Of a stretch of 34,909 bases of DNA, positions 10,895-18,001 are shown piece by piece (the first letter of the stretch is position 1; every line of letters begins with the position of its first letter). A model generated the notes under the pieces. That model searched no databases. It was not told where the DNA came from and saw nothing but the letters and a program-made list of their open reading frames with translations. The DNA lies in the NCBI GenBank assembly GCA_963835065.1, contig CAWIEK010000047.1, positions 1 through 34,909 of the forward strand, read 5' to 3'. Origin of the DNA: an uncultured Chthonomonadaceae bacterium (GTDB taxonomy: Bacteria > Armatimonadota > Chthonomonadetes > Chthonomonadales > Chthonomonadaceae). The position numbers were made by a program, and so were the translations under genes.

Positions 10895-11677
10895 ATGAGG
10901 CGTCCACCCAATCCGCGTGTTGCGCTTGTGTGCGAAGTTTGTGGGAAGACAGTTATGCTCGCCCCAAGTATCATCGCACAGGGGCGCCGCCGTTGCTCTG
11001 CGGAGTGTATGGGTATTTCTAAACGCCGACCTCAGCAAGTCACATGCGTTGGGTGTGGCAACGTGTTCGATGTGCCGCAGAGTAATGCTGGCGGTCGTAA
11101 GTATTGTTCCTCGGAATGTCGTATAGAAAACCTCAAGGCGCGTATCAAGTGTGAGCATTGCGGCAAGGAACGCCGGGTAACTCCCACACAATTGAAAGAA
11201 GGCGCTCGCTTCTGTTCGTGGGAATGTGCGCGGGCCGTATTAAACAAGCCGCGCCCCGAAGTTCTTTGTTTGCAATGCGGACAATTCTTCGCCGTTCACC
11301 CGCACCGCGCTCAAACAGCAAAGTTTTGCTCTTACTCCTGCCGAAGCATATACCACCTAACCCACAACGTTTATGCCTCACCTACCACCATCGAAATTAT
11401 GCTTTATGAGACGCTTGACTTGCTTGGTTACGACTATGAGCCGCAGTTTGCTATTACGGAAGCGCGAACTGTGACCGACGCTTATATTCCGTCGCTGAAA
11501 GCGGCGATTTATGCGGACGGCACTTACTGGCATAGTCTTCCAAAAGTAGTTGAGAAAGACAAACGTGTCAACGCGAAACTTGCAGAATTGGGATATTCGG
11601 TACATCGTTTTACTGAACCTGACCTTCGCCACGACGCTTTTGAAATCATCCGCGCGGCTTTAGGCAGGTCAATCTAG
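10895..11677 (+). CDS. Zn-finger repeat protein with C-terminal DUF559/Vsr-like endonuclease (homing-endonuclease-like)
   Basis: AAAGGAG RBS. Four CxxC...CSxxC units, then TTIEIML...YEPQF...VTDAYIP...IYADGTYWH...DKRVNAKLAELGYSVHRF. Confidence 0.85.
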   Translation: MRRPPNPRVALVCEVCGKTVMLAPSIIAQGRRRCSAECMGISKRRPQQVTCVGCGNVFDVPQSNAGGRKYCSSECRIENLKARIKCEHCGKERRVTPTQLKEGARFCSWECARAVLNKPRPEVLCLQCGQFFAVHPHRAQTAKFCSYSCRSIYHLTHNVYASPTTIEIMLYETLDLLGYDYEPQFAITEARTVTDAYIPSLKAAIYADGTYWHSLPKVVEKDKRVNAKLAELGYSVHRFTEPDLRHDAFEIIRAALGRSI

Positions 11678-11751
11678 CAGAGGTCTACGGACTCGTCTTT
11701 GACGTATTTGCGCAGGACTTCGAGATTGTCGCCATAGTAAAGTGTGTTCAT
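11662..11751 (-). pseudogene. N-terminal remnant of an N4/N6 site-specific DNA methyltransferase
   Basis: MNTLYYGDNLEVLRKYVKDESVDLC*IDLP; the family consensus is ...SVDLxYIDPPF. Similarity ends at the catalytic motif. Confidence 0.88.
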
Positions 11752-11758
11752 GCGGGGA

Positions 11759-11788
11759 GATTCGGCGGGGCGCGGGGGATTTCCTGCC
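11759..11788 (-). promoter_or_regulatory. SigH-like promoter, near-leaderless, for the methylase remnant
   Basis: GGCAGGAAATcccccgcgcccCGCCGAATCT ending about 7 nt before ATG 11751. Confidence 0.45.
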
Positions 11789-11797
11789 TGATGTGGA

Positions 11798-11844
11798 GGG
11801 GCGCAGGGCGCGACCCCGGAGGGTGGGTCGCGGGCTGTCGCCCC
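11798..11844 (-). terminator. GC-rich hairpin after the PEP-CTERM gene
   Basis: GGGGCG...GCGACCC-loop-GGGTCGC...CGCCCC; no clear U-tract. Confidence 0.45.
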
Positions 11845-11859
11845 GTCGTCGTGTGGGAG

Positions 11860-12451
11860 TTAATTGCGGGCGCGGCGTTTGCGGACAAAACCTGCGCCGG
11901 TGATGAAAATGCCGGTGAGAAGGGCGACGCTGCCGGGTTCGGGAACGGGAGAAGCAGCCGTTAAGGTGGTTGTATATGTTCCACCAGTATTGGTGCCGGC
12001 GAAGTTGAGACTGAGCGTGTTTCCGGTCAGGCTGTAAGTGAAACTGCTGGTCGTATTGGCGGTTTGGGTAAAGGTGACGCCGGCAAACGCGGTGTCCGTG
12101 AGCGTCACAAGGAAGGGAGTAGTGCTTCCGTTGGTCGCAATAACATCGGTCAGAGTGATCGTCGTATTGGTGATGTTGACGGTGTTGGTATTAACGCCGT
12201 CGGCAAGACCGAATTCGATGGCAGGTTCGGCGACGGTGACGGTGGTACCCTGCGTTTTGTTGGAGAAGCCGTTGGGAACGAAGCCGTTGTTGGATCGAAC
12301 CATATGTTAGGTCATCACTACCATTGAACTGGAGGTTTCCGGTGGCGGATGTGCCGAGGAACTGCGCGTGGGCGTTGGGCGCGGCAAGGCAGGCAAGTGC
12401 GGTCAGGGCAGTAAGCGCAAGGGTGTGACGAACGAGAGAACGGGTGTGCAT
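11860..12451 (-). CDS. PEP-CTERM sorting domain protein, frameshifted near 12290-12315
   Basis: Signal peptide ending in AHA-Q (ORF 12191-12451). Thr-rich body and VPEPGSVALL-TM-RKRR tail (ORF 11860-12303). Confidence 0.88.
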
Positions 12452-12622
12452 GTATTAGGTAGCCTTTCGGGTGAGGCGATGCAGGGAATTACGGTCTGTA
12501 AAAGCGTCCTGTATAGTATAGTGCAAGAAACGTGCCAAGTGTGCGGTTTTGTGGCGAAGAAGTACGGGGTTTTTCAGCAAGGCTGCGGGGAGGGGCGGGT
12601 GGGCGCACGGGGAAAAACGGAG

Positions 12623-12722
12623 AATAGACAGGATTAACAGGATTACAAGGATTAGACAGGATTATCTTTGTGGCCTCTCGAGTAATCCTGTTTAATCCTT
12701 GTAATCCCTGTTAATCCTGTCT
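12623..12722. repeat. ACAGGATTA-unit inverted repeat
   Basis: AGACAGGATTAACAGGATTACAAGGATTAGACAGGATTA ... TAATCCTGTTTAATCCTTGTAATCCCTGTTAATCCTGTCT. Confidence 0.85.
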
Positions 12723-12739
12723 CTTTTCCCTCCTCGCGC

Positions 12740-13169
12740 TTAGCGAAGGCTGCGGCGTTTGCGGACAAAGCCCGCACCTGCGGTGACGATGCCGACGAGA
12801 AGGGCGACGCTGCCGGGTTCGGGGACGGTGATGACAAATCCGGCGGTGAGACTGTCGTAATTGAATAAATCAAAATTGTTTGACGCCTGTATGGTCACGC
12901 TGTCGAAAGGGTTGGTGACGTCTACAACGCCGAAGTAGGCAACAGTATGGACGGCAGTATTGGGAGGTAAGGTACTGGGACAGAAATTAGCGACAATGAC
13001 GCTCTGGATTGGCAAGGGCAGCCTTGAAGTTGGTTTCGGCGACCTGGGAGTTGGGAAAGGTGCCGCGCGGGTTGTCAAAGCCGAAGAAGGTAGTCTGAGC
13101 GTGGGCGGCGGGCGCGGCGACAAGACAGGCAAGGGCGGCGGTGTGGCGAATGAGAGAGCGGGTGTGCAT
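12740..13169 (-). pseudogene. Second PEP-CTERM protein, frameshifted and probably internally deleted near 13010
   Basis: The MHTRSLIRHT...AHAQ signal peptide is paralogous to the neighbour. The VPEPGSVALLVG-TM-RKRR tail is in another frame. The body is very short. Confidence 0.75.
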
Positions 13170-13244
13170 GGGTCGGAGTCCTTATTCTAATGAGCCGAGG
13201 TTGAGATCAGCGTTCACAATGTCCCGTCAGCACGGGTTCTGGCT

Positions 13245-13583
13245 TCAGGCAAGATCAACGACAACGCATAAGGCTTGCTCTACCTGGTACAGCGTTTCCT
13301 CGGATACCTGCCCCATGTGGCGGACAAGGCGCGTTTTGTCAATGGCTCGCGCCTGATGGCACAGGGCAACCGAATCAGCTGTCAATCCGCCTTCGCCGGC
13401 AGGAACCTGTACGCAGAAAGGATACTGCGCCCATGTCAGATTCGAGGTGAAGGGGACGATAACGGCTGTCCGCAAAAAAGCGTTGAGCGGGTCGGCTTGC
13501 AGTATAAGAACCGGGCGCGTTCCCGCCTGCTCGGAACCGCGTATCGGATCAAGCGATGCCATCCACAGTTCACCGCGCTTCAT
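13245..13583 (-). CDS. mazF: PemK/MazF family toxin
   Basis: MKRGELWMASLDPIRGSEQAGTRPVLILQ...GGLTADSVALCHQARAIDKTRL. Confidence 0.93.
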   Translation of the reverse strand: MKRGELWMASLDPIRGSEQAGTRPVLILQADPLNAFLRTAVIVPFTSNLTWAQYPFCVQVPAGEGGLTADSVALCHQARAIDKTRLVRHMGQVSEETLYQVEQALCVVVDLA

Positions 13584-13831
13584 GCGTTGTCCGCCTCCTC
13601 AAGTTGTCTCTGGTAATCCTCCATGCCTGCTTCTGCCAAAGCGATATCTTCCTCGGCAAGCTGACTGTACGCGGCAATCAGAGCAGGATCAAGCGGTTGG
13701 TGTCTGCGCTGTTCGGTCTGCACATAGCGGCGTAAGACTTCCGCAACAATGTCAGACTTAGAGCGCCCTTTACGTGTGGAAACGAGTTCCAATTCTGTAT
13801 CCAATGTTTCATCAATCGCAAGTGTAACCAT
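13580..13831 (-). CDS. CopG/ribbon-helix-helix antitoxin
   Basis: VTLAIDETL...GRSKSDIVAEVLRRY RHH pattern; acidic tail; ATGA overlap with the toxin; AAGGAG RBS. Confidence 0.85.
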   Translation of the reverse strand: MVTLAIDETLDTELELVSTRKGRSKSDIVAEVLRRYVQTEQRRHQPLDPALIAAYSQLAEEDIALAEAGMEDYQRQLEEADNA

Positions 13832-13851
13832 AGATTTCTCCTTGACGCGCC

Positions 13852-13990
13852 ATCTCCCACCGGGTAACTCCTACGCGCTATGCTGACATTATAGCAAAGG
13901 CGGCGGGGAATTGACAAGAGGAGGTATGTGGCTATACTGGCGGGTGGGCGTACCATCTTTCGGGATACACGCCACCCGCTTGTAGTTAGC
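13852..13990. promoter_or_regulatory. Duplicated divergent promoter + hairpin module, copy 1
   Basis: + strand TTGACA(13911)-16-TATACT. - strand TTGTCA-18-TATAAT with TGn. Followed by hairpin GCGGGTGGGCGT...ACGCCACCCGC. 13886-13954 is 67/69 identical to 14849-14917. Confidence 0.8.
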
Positions 13991-14041
13991 GCAGGATGCG
14001 GCGTTTACGGACGAAGCTACGCCTATGACAGCGCAGGACAC

Positions 14042-14443
14042 TTATGGGAACAGGTTAAGTTGCATCCACAGCCGTCGCGCTTCGAGTTGATCCGGGTGGT
14101 TGATTTGCAGTCGCCCAATCGTTGCGCGTCCCGTTGACGTCCGCCCTTGCACTTGCCCGTTCTGCGCGTGAATATGGAAATGGTCTCGCCAGAGGTCGCG
14201 GCGCGGATGAAACAGGGGAACGTCCGCCTGCGTATCAGCATCGAAACCGGTGAGCGCATTGGATTTGTACAGATTGCAGGCAGGGCAGGCCAATGCCAGA
14301 TTGTCCAGCGTATTTGCGCCGCCAAGCGCGACAGGAACGATGTGGTCTATCTCGAAGTGGAAATTGAAGATGTCTTCCGGGGCGCGGCAATATTCGCAAC
14401 GCCGTTGGGCGCGTAGAGCGATAGCGGCATAAAGCGGGTTCAT
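14042..14443 (-). CDS. HNH endonuclease
   Basis: RCEYC...FEIDHIVP...GG...DNLALACPACNLYK...LFHPRRDLWRDHF...TGRATI. Confidence 0.92.
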   Translation of the reverse strand: MNPLYAAIALRAQRRCEYCRAPEDIFNFHFEIDHIVPVALGGANTLDNLALACPACNLYKSNALTGFDADTQADVPLFHPRRDLWRDHFHIHAQNGQVQGRTSTGRATIGRLQINHPDQLEARRLWMQLNLFP

Positions 14444-14805
14444 TTCGCTGCGCCTTGCAGGAGGGCGGCAGCGCGCAGGCCCGCCGCGCGCACTTCCGCG
14501 TGAATCAGCTGCTCCAGTTCGGCCTGCAATGCGGCAGGAAACTCCCGGTTGGCGTCCTGCGCTTCGCGCCATTGCGCGGTCAGTTCTTCGCGTCGCTGCT
14601 GTTGCGTTGCGGAAAAGAAACGATCCGGGCGTGGTTTTTGCAGGACAATGAGGGTGGCTGCGTTGTCATCGTCTTCCAACTGCGGCGTCAGGGCATTGAG
14701 CGCCTCACCCATCGTTTTGCCCGACGCCTGCTTGTCGCCCGCGATGGCATGGTAAACGGGTTCGGACAGGGCATCGGCCACAGGGACAACAGCAATGGTA
14801 GTCAT
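14440..14805 (-). CDS. Hypothetical protein translationally coupled to the HNH gene (antitoxin-like)
   Basis: GGGAG RBS; ATGA overlap with the HNH gene; N-terminal YHAIAGDKQASGKTMGEAL followed by a helical C-terminus. Confidence 0.8.
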   Translation of the reverse strand: MTTIAVVPVADALSEPVYHAIAGDKQASGKTMGEALNALTPQLEDDDNAATLIVLQKPRPDRFFSATQQQRREELTAQWREAQDANREFPAALQAELEQLIHAEVRAAGLRAAALLQGAAK

Positions 14806-14814
14806 AGTGTTAAA

Positions 14815-14952
14815 ATCTCCCACAAAGCAGTTTCTATGCGCTATACAAACATTATAGCAAAGGCAGAGGGGAATTGACAAGAGGAGGTATGTGGCTATAC
14901 TGGCGGGTGGGCGTACCGACTATCTGGGAACGGAACGCCTACGCGCGGTTAG
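14815..14952. promoter_or_regulatory. Duplicated divergent promoter + hairpin module, copy 2
   Basis: Same promoter boxes as copy 1 at offset 963; hairpin GCGgGTGGGCGTaCCG...CGGaACGCCTACgCGC. Confidence 0.8.
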
Positions 14953-15121
14953 TGAAGGTTGCCGCGTTTGCGCCGGAAGCCATTCATTTTGGCGCGTATC
15001 TGTGCCATACTATCTCCATACGGGAACTCAATTTGAAACCAACGACTGCAGCTGTCCGTTGTGTACGTTGGAATGTCGTTGTTGGCATCCCTTGTCCTCA
15101 ATCTTGTGATAACAGAAGTCC

Positions 15122-15661
15122 ATGCCCACCATGAAAACATCCCTTAATCTTACTTTGCTTTTGGCGCTTGGAAGTATCGTTTGCTGCGCGGGCTGCCAGA
15201 AGACCGATCCCGAACCTATGCCTGCGGCGACAGCGAACGCCGCCACTCCCGTCGCGCAAACGCCACAACCGGACGCCACGCCTCCCACTACGCCCGTACC
15301 AACGCCCCTCAAAGACGCGCTCAACACTCTCTTTGCTAAAGAGGCCGAGGACGCCAAAAGCCCGTTTCCCAAAGGCGTTCATCTGTTGAGCGTGGATTTG
15401 AAAGACAAAACGGCGTCCGTAGATGTCAGCAAAGAGTTTAACGAACTGGCGAATAAGGGCGAGTCTATGGAAGGCCTGGCGCAAAAAAAACTGTGCGCTG
15501 CGCTTGCCGAGTTCCCCAATGTGGATACCATGCGCCTGACCGTGGAAGGCAAGGATTACGAAAGCCAGGCTTCCGATTGGCGCAGCGTTCCCGTGCGCGG
15601 CGGAAAGGACGCTTCGGCGCGCGTCGGCGGATTGCAGCAGGCCGGGAGCGTAGACCGATGA
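15122..15661 (+). CDS. GerMN domain lipoprotein
   Basis: Lipobox-like CAGC; Pro/Thr linker; SPFPKGVHLLSV...ASVDVSKEF...LAEFPNVDTMRLTVEGK. Confidence 0.85.
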   Translation: MPTMKTSLNLTLLLALGSIVCCAGCQKTDPEPMPAATANAATPVAQTPQPDATPPTTPVPTPLKDALNTLFAKEAEDAKSPFPKGVHLLSVDLKDKTASVDVSKEFNELANKGESMEGLAQKKLCAALAEFPNVDTMRLTVEGKDYESQASDWRSVPVRGGKDASARVGGLQQAGSVDR

Positions 15662-16713
15662 CGCCTGCATCCCGTCAGGAGAAGCGCAATGCGCCCATCG
15701 GCGTTTTCGACAGTGGATTGGGCGGGCTGACCGTCGTGCGGCAGATGCAGCAAAGGCTTCCCAATGAGCGCATCGTGTTTGTGGCCGATCAAGCGCACGT
15801 TCCGTATGGCGGGCGGGATTTGAAACAAGTCTGCGGCTTCGCCTGCGGCCTGACGGACGCTCTGATTGGCTATGGCTGCAAAGCCGTTATCATGGCCTGC
15901 AACATCTCCTCGGCAACGGGACTGCCCCACGCGCAGGCCGCGCATCCCAACGTTCCCATTCTTGGCGTAATCGAACCGGGGGCGCGTACCGCTATCCAAA
16001 GTACGAACAATCATCGTATCGGCGTTCTCGCCACGCAGGGCACGGTGAGCAGTGGCGCGTACACCCGCCTGCTGCAAACGCTGGATTCTCGCGCCGTCGT
16101 GCTGGAAATGGCCTGCCCTGACTTTGTGCCGCTTGTCGAAGCCGAACAGGAGCAATCGCCCGCCGCTTTCGCCGCCGCGCAATTGTATCTGGCCCCTATG
16201 CTGGAATTGGGCGTGGATACCGTTATCTTAGGCTGTACCCACTATCCGTTTCTGCTGTCGGTCCTCCGGCAAGCCGCCCCCGCCCACATCCAATTCATAG
16301 ACCCCGCCCTTGCCACCGTTGCCCACGCGCAAAATCTGCTTGCCGAACACCATTTAGCCGCTCCCGCCAATACGCCCCGCCACCTGCTGACTACAACCGG
16401 CGATCCCGCCACCTTTGCCCACCAACTCACGCGCTTCCTGCCCAATGCTTCCCAAACCGCAACGGTTGCCGCCGCGCAGTGGCAACACGGCCTGCTGACA
16501 CTGCCTGATGAGAAAAAAAGAAGAAAAGAAGAAGAGAAGAAAAGGAGAAAAGAAGAAGAGGAGAGGGAACCGGTAACAATGCTGAATATTTCTTGTGCGG
16601 TTACCGTATATAGAGAGGAGGCTGCGAGTTCGCCGCGTTACATTGACAGGGAAGCGGCTTCGTGGTATGATTGTGCAAAGCCGGTCTTGTTTTTGCGGTC
16701 CTGGGTTTGCTGA
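15658..16713 (+). CDS. murI: Glutamate racemase; the ORF reads on through a purine-rich repeat after about 16510
   Basis: PIGVFDSGLGGLTV, VPYG, MACN and ILGCTHYP motifs; ATGA overlap with the GerMN gene. Confidence 0.93.
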   Translation: MTPASRQEKRNAPIGVFDSGLGGLTVVRQMQQRLPNERIVFVADQAHVPYGGRDLKQVCGFACGLTDALIGYGCKAVIMACNISSATGLPHAQAAHPNVPILGVIEPGARTAIQSTNNHRIGVLATQGTVSSGAYTRLLQTLDSRAVVLEMACPDFVPLVEAEQEQSPAAFAAAQLYLAPMLELGVDTVILGCTHYPFLLSVLRQAAPAHIQFIDPALATVAHAQNLLAEHHLAAPANTPRHLLTTTGDPATFAHQLTRFLPNASQTATVAAAQWQHGLLTLPDEKKRRKEEEKKRRKEEEEREPVTMLNISCAVTVYREEAASSPRYIDREAASWYDCAKPVLFLRSWVC

Positions 16714-16822
16714 CTTGTGTTTGCTATCCTTTACTTGCTGTTGGCGCTGCTTTCGTACTGCTTGCTCGCTGCCTGTTTGTCGCCGGTTGGCATCGTTTTG
16801 GTTTTGTGAGAAGGAGAAGGCC

Positions 16823-17712
16823 ATGAAGTGCGCGCGTTGTTCCGCTGAAGTTCCCCGTCAGTCACAATTCTGCCTGCGTTGCGGCACGCCTATCAACGCC
16901 GCCGCCAACTATGCGCCTCCTGTCGCGCAGCATGCCCCCATGCCGCTTCCAACAAACAATCAGCGCCCGCTGTACGCCATTATCGGCCTGCTGGCAGTCG
17001 CGGTGCTGGCAATGGTCGGGTGGATGGTGAAAAGTTCGCTGGCGCAAAAGCCCGGCGAAACCAAAGGCTCCAGTCTGGTGCAGGCTCCCGCGCAAACCTC
17101 GCCCGGCCCCCTTGTGCAGGCTCCGGGAGAAACCACCGCGCAGACTCCCATCATCGCGCCGCCTACGCAGCCCACGCAAAAGCCCGATTACAGCGACATT
17201 GACGATTATCTCCGGTTCGTGCGGCAGGTGGAAGCCCAAATCCGGGCTGATTCACCGGCAGCTTGCAAGCGCTTGCGCCAGTCAATACGCGAACTTGATG
17301 GCGAAGGAAGTGGAAGCCGCTACGGATGATGACAAGTCGGCGGAGTTCCTGCCCGAAATCAATAAAAATCCCGCCAGACCTGTCGGACGAGTGGAACAAG
17401 CTGACGCAAGTGTTTGTGGCCCGTCGCCCGCCGCAGGAGTGCGTGGAACTGCACGACAAGTATTACAATCATCTGGGCAAAATTCAGGCTATGTTCAACA
17501 GAGTGCATGACGCGGTTGCGCAGGCCAACAGCGGGCAATCCGGCGATGCGCTGAATGCCCTGACCGGCATGATGGGCACGGCTTCCTCGGAGGCCGACGA
17601 GACCGCGCAGAGCGCCGACGACGCGCTCGACGAAATCTGCCGCCAGTACAAACTGGAAAAAACCTTCAAAATTCAGACGGACTCCGGTTCGTCCGGTTCC
17701 CTGCTGCATTAA
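16823..17712 (+). CDS. Zinc-ribbon single-TM protein, frameshifts near 17240 and 17368
   Basis: AAGGAG RBS; CARC...FCLRCG; TM segment; Pro/Gln linker. The helical C-terminus continues through ORFs 17112-17510 and 17326-17712; the shifts are at A-runs. Confidence 0.75.
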
Positions 17713-17741
17713 CAACATTCCCACGTCCGCAGCATTGGGTT

Positions 17742-17919
17742 CCGGGGATTGAAAATCGCCGACCATGCTTGCAGGCATTTTGAACGCTTACTGTAAATGC
17801 GCCGGGGATTGAAAATCCTACGCAGAAAATGCAAGCGTCTTTCAGACGCACCATTTAACTGTACAATTCCGCGTCCGAAGGACGCTTGTACTTTCTTGCC
17901 GGGGATTTCAATCCCCGGC
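17742..17919. repeat. REP/REPIN-like palindromic cluster
   Basis: CCGGGGATTGAAA at 17742 and 17802; GCCGGGGATTTCAATCCCCGGC at 17898-17919; internal CAAGCGTC/GACGCTTG arms. Confidence 0.75.
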
Positions 17920-18001
17920 CGGGGCAACTCTGCGGGTGTTGAAAAACATCCTGACTACGCGCCCACCTCTCCAGAACCCTTCAACAGCGGAAAGCCCTGC
18001 C

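Noticed and set aside
13931..14952. Hairpins as canonical integron attC sites
   Set aside because: The RYYYAAC/GTTRRRY pair is not canonical (GTATAGC at the expected R' position) and there is no integrase; kept only as a loose analogy.
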